A DNA stretch of 64,000 nucleotides from a virus. The notes beneath the pieces are model-generated. The model had not been told where the DNA came from. It worked only from the letters and a program-made list of their open reading frames with translations, and ran no database searches. This document shows, in pieces, positions 28,207-37,176 of the stretch (positions within the stretch are counted from its first letter, which is position 1; each line of letters opens with the position of its first letter). Where the stretch lies: positions 4,265 through 68,264 of IMG/VR virus record IMGVR_UViG_3300020395_000006; one strand, given 5' to 3'. A program made the translations under genes and the position numbers.

Positions 28207-30167
28207 TAATAAGCACCGACACAATCAACAACATTTATGATGCCCTTCTCAGGGATTGTATCATCATATTCTTCAAGTTTTCTAAATTTCATAATAGGTC
28301 GAACTAAGGCACCAAAACCAGTCTCAGTATTTATGGTAAGATTTGGAATAACAGTACACCCTCTATTTGCTTCAATCACATCTGCACCAATGATTCTTCC
28401 TGCATCGTCCAACTTGACTCTAAGAGATCCACATTGACTGCTTATAATATCGTAAGGTGAGTATCCTAACCCTGTTCTTATAACTTCTATACCATCAATC
28501 TCACCCACAACAGGTATACCAGTATCATCTGATGTTTGAGGAGGTGTATTATATCCACCACCACCAGTTCTTATTATAATATTAATAACTTTACCATCTT
28601 CTAATATCGCTTCACCCGTAGCACCTCGACCATTATCACACTCATCGAGAATAGTAACGAATGGTTTCTCAGTATAACCAAACCCTAAGTCAGTCATATT
28701 AACACCTACAATCTGACCAAAGTTATTGACAACGGCATTTGCTGCTGCTCCTATTCCGCCACCACCAAAGATTTCTATCTTAGGAGGTCCACATATCTTC
28801 TGATGAGGATTACAATCTCCAACTATATCTTGTATTTTTTGAACACCCTCTTCATCTACTTCAGGGAATATTGAATCAATTTTATCAGTAAGGGATTTAC
28901 CAACACCTGCAACATTAAATTTAGAGGAAATATCAATCGCTCTCGAAAAATCTAATTGATTCTGCTTAGTAGGTCCAAAGTTCAATGCCCAATCATAAGG
29001 TTCTGGTTCACAAATATCACCATCACATTTTAGTAAGTTCAATCCTATCTGAGCATAACCCATTGCTTTATCAAGAAACCCCATGAATGATCCAACAGGC
29101 CCTAGTATGCCCTGAATGGCGTTCATTGCACTACCAATTGCCTTTTCTATATCATTGAACAACTTAGAATTTATACCTCCTATAAACTGTTCTGCTGCAC
29201 AAAGAGGTGCATGAACTAATTTCCCAATCAGTTCCATCAAGAAGTCTTCTATAAATTTACTCAACCCCTTTATAATATTTTCTATCACACAATATATGGT
29301 ATCAATTGATTTCTTTACAGCAATATCCTTCAATAAACTATCAAGTTGAGTAAGTCCTAATATTTGCTCAACTAACTTGTATATCTTATCAAATAGATAC
29401 TTTCTTGCTAATCTTATAACCTGTGAGTATGCGTTAGATATAATGTATGAAGTTTGTCTTACAAGTGCTCTAACATCTCGCAACTCATTCATTATTGGAT
29501 CAATATAAGTCTCATCTAAACTCTTCAATCCATTTGTAATAGAAATAAAAGATGCAAGAGATCTTGATACTTCACTTAGAAACCCCTTACCACCTTTACA
29601 ATCTTTTGCTAATGGTACGATAATTCTTTCTTCATCAATTCGGAACTGCTTACTAATATATCCACTAGCAGTAAGACCATTCTCATTAATAATACCATTC
29701 CCATTATCTACACCACCATTACGTAAGTTTGCTTCTGTGTAATCAAAATTAGGAGGAGGAAACATCTCCAGAAATGCACTGCTTCCTTCAGGTTCATCAG
29801 TTCGTTTTACTTGATTTAAAACCGAATTGGATGTATGAAAACATCCTATAATTACAGGTTGCTGTGCTTCTTCACCATCTAAGAAATAACCAGAAACAGT
29901 TTCCCCACCTTGCAGCATCATTGTAGTACCTGCAAATGCTTTACCTGCACCAAATGTTGCTGGAACTAAAACATGAGCCCAAGGCAAATCAGCATCAGGT
30001 AATTCAGTAGAAGGTGGGTGTTTCCCGAATATTCTTACCTTTACCCTATAACCCCATTTCTCAGAATGTTCTCTCCAAGCTGCATCAGAGGTCACCTGTC
30101 CGATGAACCAATTGAATCCATCTTGACCTGCGAAATTAACTTTACTGAGACGAGTTTCTAAAGGCAT
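28206..30167 (-). CDS. gp5: baseplate hub subunit gp5-like (N-terminal OB fold)
   Basis: WFIGQV, RVKVRIFG-H, LPWA, V-GYFLDG--AQQPVIIG. Confidence 0.85.
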   Translation of the reverse strand: MPLETRLSKVNFAGQDGFNWFIGQVTSDAAWREHSEKWGYRVKVRIFGKHPPSTELPDADLPWAHVLVPATFGAGKAFAGTTMMLQGGETVSGYFLDGEEAQQPVIIGCFHTSNSVLNQVKRTDEPEGSSAFLEMFPPPNFDYTEANLRNGGVDNGNGIINENGLTASGYISKQFRIDEERIIVPLAKDCKGGKGFLSEVSRSLASFISITNGLKSLDETYIDPIMNELRDVRALVRQTSYIISNAYSQVIRLARKYLFDKIYKLVEQILGLTQLDSLLKDIAVKKSIDTIYCVIENIIKGLSKFIEDFLMELIGKLVHAPLCAAEQFIGGINSKLFNDIEKAIGSAMNAIQGILGPVGSFMGFLDKAMGYAQIGLNLLKCDGDICEPEPYDWALNFGPTKQNQLDFSRAIDISSKFNVAGVGKSLTDKIDSIFPEVDEEGVQKIQDIVGDCNPHQKICGPPKIEIFGGGGIGAAANAVVNNFGQIVGVNMTDLGFGYTEKPFVTILDECDNGRGATGEAILEDGKVINIIIRTGGGGYNTPPQTSDDTGIPVVGEIDGIEVIRTGLGYSPYDIISSQCGSLRVKLDDAGRIIGADVIEANRGCTVIPNLTINTETGFGALVRPIMKFRKLEEYDDTIPEKGIINVVDCVGAY

Positions 30168-30395
30168 TTAATCATCGTAAATGAGACATTCTGGTTCATC
30201 TGGGTGCATTTCACAAAATAATTCGATAGTATTGGGATCGTGATGATCACCTGCTTCTATCTCTTCTTGATGATGTTCCCTGTACACTTCTAACTCATGC
30301 AACTCTTCGTTGATGTGTCTACGTGCAGCAGGATTAGTTTGAGGATCATCCAAGATGTCCCTATCATGCTGAATGTGTTCTTCGATAGTTTTCAT
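30168..30395 (-). CDS. cp12: CP12 Calvin-cycle inhibitor
   Basis: C-terminal IELFCEMHPDEPECLIYDD (C-x8-C-x-Y-D-D). Confidence 0.9.
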   Translation of the reverse strand: MKTIEEHIQHDRDILDDPQTNPAARRHINEELHELEVYREHHQEEIEAGDHHDPNTIELFCEMHPDEPECLIYDD

Positions 30396-31696
30396 TTTAG
30401 TTCTGAGTAAGCATCTCTTATTAACGTTAGGGCGGTGAAATCACCATCCGCTAGTAATTTATGAGATAATGACTTTATCATATAGTAACCAGAGGCAGGA
30501 TTGTTAGATCCGCTATTAGGTTTATCTATATTTATTCTAGGAAACTTCATTTTCACAACAGAACCTGCTTTCAAACCCACATTCAATGGAACAGTGACTT
30601 CAAGGGTTTGAGAAAATAGTGCTGCATATCTAGATTGTCTCCTTGCTTCATATTCTATATGATGAGTTGGAGTTTGCAAACCACCTTCATTATCAAACAG
30701 ACTTTTGTCAACAGTTGATAACATTATCCTAGAAGGTTTATCTGTAAAGAACTTGGGAACAAAGGGTTGTTCATTAGATAAATTTGTAGCACCTTCATTC
30801 TTTTCATTCTGATTCTCTGGTTTGTATTCATGTACAGATTCTGGAGCTTTATATGCTACCTTATGTATCCGTTCATTCAAATCAAAATACGTATTATAAG
30901 ACATATATTGACCTTGAGATAATTTGTCAAGTAAATTGTTATTATTTTTCCATGTTGGATCACTAACTATCCTATAATTATTTTTAGGATCAAAAGCATC
31001 AACAGTAGATGATTGAAAATATTCAGGGATAGCATCTTTATCAGTCTGTATAACTTCAAAAATTTTATCAATACTTCTGAAATTATATCCTTCTAGATCT
31101 TCCCAAAAGAAAAATCCAGAACCACCTCTAGTAGCAGTATCTTTACTAGAAATTGAAGGTACCGATTTGGTTGCTAAACTTACACATGTGTGTAATGGTC
31201 TTTTATAATTGCCACAAAATTCAATTGGATATTTTGGTTGTTCTAAATTAGATTCTTCAAACTTTTCAGGTGCTTGTAGTGTTTCAGTTAAAATCTCCTT
31301 TATAATAGTATTAGCAAATCCAGTATATTTTTTATAACATCTAGTAAAATGATTATGGAACGTACCTTTGGTTTCTAACTGCATTACAAAAATTTCTTTT
31401 TTCGCAGTACTACCACTTGATTTGATGTTACTTATAAACATCGGTTCTTTTTCAAAATCTATTACACCAGAAGGAGTTTCTATACGAAAGAATACCTTTG
31501 ACCCACTTCTAACTGGAACACCTTCCAATCTACCAAGAGTATCCAATATCATTACTTCTGCATGTATAGATGCATCTAGTATATCTTCATAAAAAGCAAT
31601 AGGTCCCAACTGTGGAGTTAAAACCATTTCTTTACTATCATCAGGTGTCCTGACGGTAAGAAATTCTATTTTTGCTCCCCTAAGAAAATTAGACAT
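30392..31696 (-). CDS. baseplate hub protein (gp27-like)
   Basis: FYEDI, GFFFWE---GYNFRSID, LKAGSVV, SGYYMIKSLSH, LIRD. Confidence 0.65.
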   Translation of the reverse strand: MSNFLRGAKIEFLTVRTPDDSKEMVLTPQLGPIAFYEDILDASIHAEVMILDTLGRLEGVPVRSGSKVFFRIETPSGVIDFEKEPMFISNIKSSGSTAKKEIFVMQLETKGTFHNHFTRCYKKYTGFANTIIKEILTETLQAPEKFEESNLEQPKYPIEFCGNYKRPLHTCVSLATKSVPSISSKDTATRGGSGFFFWEDLEGYNFRSIDKIFEVIQTDKDAIPEYFQSSTVDAFDPKNNYRIVSDPTWKNNNNLLDKLSQGQYMSYNTYFDLNERIHKVAYKAPESVHEYKPENQNEKNEGATNLSNEQPFVPKFFTDKPSRIMLSTVDKSLFDNEGGLQTPTHHIEYEARRQSRYAALFSQTLEVTVPLNVGLKAGSVVKMKFPRINIDKPNSGSNNPASGYYMIKSLSHKLLADGDFTALTLIRDAYSELK

Positions 31697-33339
31697 TATA
31701 CAGTCAACAGACTAGTCCCCTGGATGATATTTAGAGCGACTTGGAAATCGTCTACAGTAGTCATACTACCACTTGAATTACCACTAGCAATATTTCCACT
31801 TTGATTTTGTATGATAGTATCACCCTCAATGATTACATTAGATGCATCTGACTTCATAATTTTGTCTAATGATGGTAAATTTTCTGAAGTATTAGAAACA
31901 CTACCTTTACCAAAAAATTTCTTAATAGATTCACTATACCTCATCAATCCAGTTCGAGAGAAAAAATTTGTTGATTTTGCTAATGGACGCATTGCACTCT
32001 CCAACTGAACTCTCGTCATCACAGATTGGCTACCTGGTCCAGATTCAGCCTGTTTAATTAAATTTTCAACTTCAGTGTCTCTTTTCTGCCACCAGGGTTT
32101 ATCATTTTTTGTTACCTTATTTGTATTTGCTGTTACCTTTGTATTTTTAGAAAACTTTTTATTAATTTTTTTATAGTTCTTTGCATATGGATTTCCTTTG
32201 AAAAATTTTCCTCTACTAACCCCTTGTGCAACACCTTGATTAAATGCCCTTTCTAAAGATGCACGGTTAGTTTCTACTTGTCCTTTGAAAAGTCTTTTAA
32301 TAATTTTCCTTATAAGACCTCTACCAACCATAAAAACTGCAGCTGCTGTACCAGCAGCAGCAACACCACTAGCAAATCCTCTATTAAAAGTAGTTGAAAG
32401 CATTGCTTGACTTATGTTTCCTGGAGGTACAATACCAAATTTTCCACCAGTTACACCACGAGTACCATCACCAGGAAGAACTAAAGCATCATCATCTACT
32501 ATTCTCTTACCTTCTAACTTATTCAAAGCACTCTCAAGATCATTCAAAGCAAGATTGAAATTTTTACTTACAGGTGATATACGTTTTACCTCATTCACTC
32601 TTCGTTTATCTGCACCTGATAATCTATCAAATAATCCTGATGCTGCTATGCTACCAAGAGTACCACCAATAAATCCACCAATAAGTGCACCAGGAGCAGC
32701 ACCTACTCCACCAAATAATGCACCAATCGCTCCACCTGCTGCTGCACCAGCTTTAGCACCACCAAGAAATCCACCAAGTCCAGCAAGTGCACCTCCACCT
32801 GCTTGAAAATTAGTTTGTCCAGATGCTTTTCTACCAAGAAAATCTGCTCCAGTGAAAAGTACATTGAGTGGTCCAACTCTACCTACTCCTTTCAATCCCC
32901 TTAGATTCCTACCTAAACCACTTAGTCTTCCACCACTAGAAGTTACTCTAGCTCTATTGAAAGGAGATCTAAATCTACTTAGTCTATTTCCACGAGTAAT
33001 TCCTCTATTTCGTTGTAAAAATGGTCTCGGTCCTCTAATATTTCCACCACGTATACCACTAGTTCTACCTCCACCAAGCCTAACTCTACCAAGACCACCA
33101 CCTAATGCAGTACCACCTAATAAAAGAGAATCTTTTATACCAGTTTCATTTTTTTGATTTATAGCATCACCTGCACTTTTCAATGCAAGTACTCTTAATT
33201 TAGCGTTCTTTTTACGTTTTTCTAATAACTCTTTCTGGGCAAGAATATTTCTTATTCCACTTAGTTTAAATGCAGTACTAAGATTCTGAGATGTTTTTAA
33301 AAGTGATCCTTTCCTACCTAAAATTGCTGTTATATTCAT
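31696..33339 (-). CDS. tape-measure-like tail protein
   Basis: Gly/Ala-rich hydrophobic GAAAGGAIGALFGG segment; located between the hub and gp51. Confidence 0.5.
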   Translation of the reverse strand: MNITAILGRKGSLLKTSQNLSTAFKLSGIRNILAQKELLEKRKKNAKLRVLALKSAGDAINQKNETGIKDSLLLGGTALGGGLGRVRLGGGRTSGIRGGNIRGPRPFLQRNRGITRGNRLSRFRSPFNRARVTSSGGRLSGLGRNLRGLKGVGRVGPLNVLFTGADFLGRKASGQTNFQAGGGALAGLGGFLGGAKAGAAAGGAIGALFGGVGAAPGALIGGFIGGTLGSIAASGLFDRLSGADKRRVNEVKRISPVSKNFNLALNDLESALNKLEGKRIVDDDALVLPGDGTRGVTGGKFGIVPPGNISQAMLSTTFNRGFASGVAAAGTAAAVFMVGRGLIRKIIKRLFKGQVETNRASLERAFNQGVAQGVSRGKFFKGNPYAKNYKKINKKFSKNTKVTANTNKVTKNDKPWWQKRDTEVENLIKQAESGPGSQSVMTRVQLESAMRPLAKSTNFFSRTGLMRYSESIKKFFGKGSVSNTSENLPSLDKIMKSDASNVIIEGDTIIQNQSGNIASGNSSGSMTTVDDFQVALNIIQGTSLLTV

Positions 33340-34577
33340 CTATAAGATCCTCCATATATCAAACGATAAGGTATCTTACTATGATCACTAAATTCAGATT
33401 TTAGACTAATATTAGAACTTGTTGGACCAGATTGAGAAACAGAAGTTTGAGGTGTAATAGTTTTACCAGGAACATTTATAATATTAGGTTGTCCACCTCC
33501 AGATGTAAAATTAATTGGAGCAAAATTATCATCAGGTAAATCTAAAGAAAAACCCTCAATAGCAGGAGCCTCTACTACTTCAATATCATTTTCTACTCCA
33601 GCTGCCTCTACTTGCTTCTCAACAAAAGCATCTCCTTCAAGCAATTTCCGATCAATTCCCAAACCACTAAGAATATCACCAGCATACTCCACAGGTCCCT
33701 TTGGAATCTCCAATTCTGGTGGTGCTGCAGCCTTTAGATCCTCTTTCTTAGTAGCATCAAAACCCTTCCTTTGTGCAGTTAATATATTATTAAATCTTGC
33801 TGTTACACTTCTAAATCTGTTTACATCTTTCGCTGTCAATGAACCACCAGAATCTACAAATTGTGTTCTTCTTTGATCTGCGTTACCACCAGGATTAGCC
33901 ATTGCTTGACCACCTGCAACTAAACCTCCACCTAATAAAAGAGCAGCTAATAATCCTCCACGTCCACGACCAGCAGGTCCACCTGCTATCGTTCTTGCAC
34001 CACCTCTTCCTCCAAGAACTCTTCCTAAAACTACACCACTAACTACATTAATAATTTCTGGTAGGAATGAAGTTACTGCTAATGCTGCACTCTCAGCACC
34101 AGCTTTGAAATTACCTTCAAGAAATTGTTTACCTGCTAATAATGCACTAAGTCCACCAATTTTGGTTCTTAGGTCTTTGAACCCTGCACGTAATCCTAAA
34201 AGACTATCTTCCTCTTCTTCTAATAATTTCTTCTCTTCATCATTTAATTGCCTTTGTGCTTTAGTTTGATTCCTTACACTCGCTGATATATTTTGTAAAT
34301 TACTATTAACTATTTCAATTTCTAATAACAGTTTACCTAATGCTTGTGCAGTTTTAGGTTCTAAACCCTTCTCCTTTTCCTGTGTTATTCTAGATGTTAA
34401 TTTATCATATGCCACTGACATTCTACGTGCCATTGGCTTCACACCCTTGAAATTAGGATCAGGTGTTTTCCCTTGTGGTCTAGGTATAAAATTTGATTGC
34501 GGCTGAACACCAGGCATCCCTGCAGGAACTAACATCCCTGCTCTCATTACATATCCATCGTTGAAGGTGTCAACCAT
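33336..34577 (-). CDS. tape-measure-like / hub-associated protein
   Basis: Coiled coil plus Gly-rich hydrophobic segments; follows gp51. Confidence 0.5.
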   Translation of the reverse strand: MVDTFNDGYVMRAGMLVPAGMPGVQPQSNFIPRPQGKTPDPNFKGVKPMARRMSVAYDKLTSRITQEKEKGLEPKTAQALGKLLLEIEIVNSNLQNISASVRNQTKAQRQLNDEEKKLLEEEEDSLLGLRAGFKDLRTKIGGLSALLAGKQFLEGNFKAGAESAALAVTSFLPEIINVVSGVVLGRVLGGRGGARTIAGGPAGRGRGGLLAALLLGGGLVAGGQAMANPGGNADQRRTQFVDSGGSLTAKDVNRFRSVTARFNNILTAQRKGFDATKKEDLKAAAPPELEIPKGPVEYAGDILSGLGIDRKLLEGDAFVEKQVEAAGVENDIEVVEAPAIEGFSLDLPDDNFAPINFTSGGGQPNIINVPGKTITPQTSVSQSGPTSSNISLKSEFSDHSKIPYRLIYGGSYR

Positions 34578-34752
34578 TCGTTCTTTGTTCGGATTCTAAC
34601 TTTTTCTTTTCAAGATAATTTTCAAGCATCTTAATATAAGTCTGTTTCTCCCACGGTATCATGTTTTCTATCTCAGTTATACTCCAATTATGATATTGAA
34701 GTAATGCGAAAGTATTCTCATAATAGGATGATAGACTTTCATGATACATCAT
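34570..34752 (-). CDS. gp51: baseplate hub assembly catalyst
   Basis: YY---FAL-QYH-WS--EIENMIPWE--Y. Confidence 0.85.
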   Translation of the reverse strand: MMYHESLSSYYENTFALLQYHNWSITEIENMIPWEKQTYIKMLENYLEKKKLESEQRTNG

Positions 34753-35480
34753 TATGCGAAAAAATTTGATAAACCCTCAATTACAATCTCATTATCTACT
34801 TTTGTATTTGGATTAGTTACAGTAGTTTTATAAACTAATCTTGGCATTGTAGTAAAAAACTCCTCTATCTTTTTGAATTGAGAAGAATTCAATTGTTCAA
34901 TAAAGTCTAACAATTCTTTTTTCGTACAATCAGAAGAAGACCATGCTTCATCTTTATTATAAACTTGATCAATACAATCAACTATTGCATCAAATGCTTT
35001 GTTTATTGATTGATCGTCATTTTCTTTTGATACTAAAAAATTATTTTCTAAAAATTGAGACATAGATGGATACTTAAGTTTGAGGAATAAATTATCCCCT
35101 AAATCAACAGTATCATTATGCTCATCAGGAACATCAAGTTTGATGTCACTCATATTCAATGTCAATGGAACTTTAGTTTCTCCATCATCATCACAAGTAA
35201 TAAGCAATTCAACAGATTCACCAACAGATTTGCCTCGAATATTCAAAAATAGAAATTCAAGATCAAATATAGGTAACTCTTCTATTTTTACACCCCTACT
35301 AACAATACATGCTTTTAAAACACTCTTGAGAGTATTTGTAATCGCTTTATTATCACCACTTTCAAGTGCAATGAGAAGAGATTTTTCTTCTTTTACTAGA
35401 AAGGGACGATATTTTACTGTTTTGGATGTTGAAATAAGGTTCAGTTCAAACGTAGGTGTCGAAACCTTTGGTAATGGCAT
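34752..35480 (-). CDS. gp26: baseplate hub subunit
   Basis: MPLPK, YRPFLVKEEK, FDLEFLFLNIRGKSVGE, IEGLSNFF; late promoter TATAAATA at 35502-35509. Confidence 0.9.
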   Translation of the reverse strand: MPLPKVSTPTFELNLISTSKTVKYRPFLVKEEKSLLIALESGDNKAITNTLKSVLKACIVSRGVKIEELPIFDLEFLFLNIRGKSVGESVELLITCDDDGETKVPLTLNMSDIKLDVPDEHNDTVDLGDNLFLKLKYPSMSQFLENNFLVSKENDDQSINKAFDAIVDCIDQVYNKDEAWSSSDCTKKELLDFIEQLNSSQFKKIEEFFTTMPRLVYKTTVTNPNTKVDNEIVIEGLSNFFA

Positions 35481-35512
35481 AATTAACTACTTCAGTGCTT
35501 TTATTTATAGGG

Positions 35513-36322
35513 CTATAAAGCAGATGCAAATGGACTTATTAAACTCTGAACCTTTTCCCTCAATTGCCTGTCACTATCAGCAACTCTTGCACCCCTATCA
35601 ATAGTAAAGTAATCATATTTGAAACTTACTGTAGTTTTCACCAATTCTGCTTTTCCATATGCTAAAGGTGTAGCAACAATATTGACAGGAAAACAATTCT
35701 TCATAAAATAAGTAAGAAACTGAGGATTCCTTTTATCGACACGATCCTCTGGGTTTTGACGTGACTCTGGCATCAACATATCACTACTAAATGCTGTAAT
35801 CTCCATTTCACACTTATAAGACCTAGGATATTTCAATTTTTTGAAAGCATTATCTCGATTTCTTTGTTGGTATATAGATCCAGCAACTTGATCTTGAATT
35901 TGAGTAGGAGAAATATATTCTAACCAAGCATTAAAAACTTCTTGAGTATAATAATCCCTTTGTGCATAAAAAGTAAGTGTAAAATCAGGATATCTCCTAA
36001 AAACTGCATAATTCTGAGATATACCCTGCCTCAAACCATCAATACTAGCAGTTTGAATCTGAGATCCAGGTAAAACTGCTTCAGAACAAAATAATGCTAA
36101 ATTATCACCAGGTTCATTCATTACATCATTACTAGGTATTAGTACATGCTGTTTTAAAAACTGCATGAGACTAGGTGTTGATCCGCCAAAAGCATTGAAA
36201 TTTATATAAACATCATATACATTATTGAACGCTGGAACCGCATTTCTAAATCCACCAAGATTATACAGTTCTTCTGTTCTCAAATAAAATCTGTCTTTTG
36301 CGAAAACTCGTTGATTAGACAT
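35513..36322 (-). CDS. tail tube initiator-like protein (gp54/gp19 fold)
   Basis: CSEAVLPG, TLTFY, FNAWLEYI, NCFPVNI, TVSFKY. Confidence 0.65.
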   Translation of the reverse strand: MSNQRVFAKDRFYLRTEELYNLGGFRNAVPAFNNVYDVYINFNAFGGSTPSLMQFLKQHVLIPSNDVMNEPGDNLALFCSEAVLPGSQIQTASIDGLRQGISQNYAVFRRYPDFTLTFYAQRDYYTQEVFNAWLEYISPTQIQDQVAGSIYQQRNRDNAFKKLKYPRSYKCEMEITAFSSDMLMPESRQNPEDRVDKRNPQFLTYFMKNCFPVNIVATPLAYGKAELVKTTVSFKYDYFTIDRGARVADSDRQLREKVQSLISPFASAL

Positions 36323-36350
36323 CTAAATAGATGGACAGTATATACTATGT

Positions 36351-36785
36351 ATGTCCTATAAAGGGAAGTTCAGACCTTCTAACCCAAAAAAGTACAAAGG
36401 TGATCCCACAAACGTGATATACAGATCCCTTTGGGAATTGAAATTTATGAAATGGTGTGACTCAAACACCAATGTTATAAAATGGTCTAGTGAAGAAGTG
36501 ATAATACCATATAAATCACCCATTGATAATAGACTGCATAGATATTTTCCTGATTTTTATGTAAAATATAGAAATGCAATAGGAAAATTAGAAGAAAGAC
36601 TGGTAGAAGTAAAACCAGCAAAACAAGTGAAAGGTCCAACAATTCAAAAAAGGAGAACTAAAAAATACATCTCCGAAGTAGTAGAATTTGCAAAAAATCA
36701 AGCAAAATGGCAAGCAGCAGAATCATTTTGCAAAGATAGAAAATGGAAATTTCAAGTAATAACGGAGAAAGAACTTGGCATTTAA
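36351..36785 (+). CDS. gp4: head completion nuclease
   Basis: YRSLWELKFMKWCD, WSSEE, HRYFPDF, EVKP, NQAKW; late promoter CTAAATA at 36323-36329. Confidence 0.9.
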   Translation: MSYKGKFRPSNPKKYKGDPTNVIYRSLWELKFMKWCDSNTNVIKWSSEEVIIPYKSPIDNRLHRYFPDFYVKYRNAIGKLEERLVEVKPAKQVKGPTIQKRRTKKYISEVVEFAKNQAKWQAAESFCKDRKWKFQVITEKELGI

Positions 36786-37176
36786 TCAATGGTTACCAAA
36801 CTCTACACCAACACAGGTAGTAACACCAGGTAGACTACTACTATTCCGTTATGATGCAAAATATGCAGCAAAACTAAAATTCTATGATAAAAACCCATTA
36901 TGCTATGTTGTAGCAAAACAAGGCAATGCTTTCTGGGGTGTTAACTTACACTACACACCAGTAGGAAATAGAATGGCATATATGAGATATTTGGATGCAG
37001 GTGATGATCCAGCAACCCTCACGGGATATCATAAATACCTGTATACTTATGTACGATCTGGTTTATTGGATATACCTATGTCAGACTGGGAAAGGGCATT
37101 TCAATTGCCAGCACAAGAATTTGTAAGAGAATTAGGTGGTGTTGATGTTAGTGTCAATATCGGGAGGTACTTATAA
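36775..37176 (+). CDS. gp2: DNA end protector-like protein (short)
   Basis: FRYDAK, FYD--PL, FWGVNLHY, YHKYL. Confidence 0.65.
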   Translation: MAFNQWLPNSTPTQVVTPGRLLLFRYDAKYAAKLKFYDKNPLCYVVAKQGNAFWGVNLHYTPVGNRMAYMRYLDAGDDPATLTGYHKYLYTYVRSGLLDIPMSDWERAFQLPAQEFVRELGGVDVSVNIGRYL

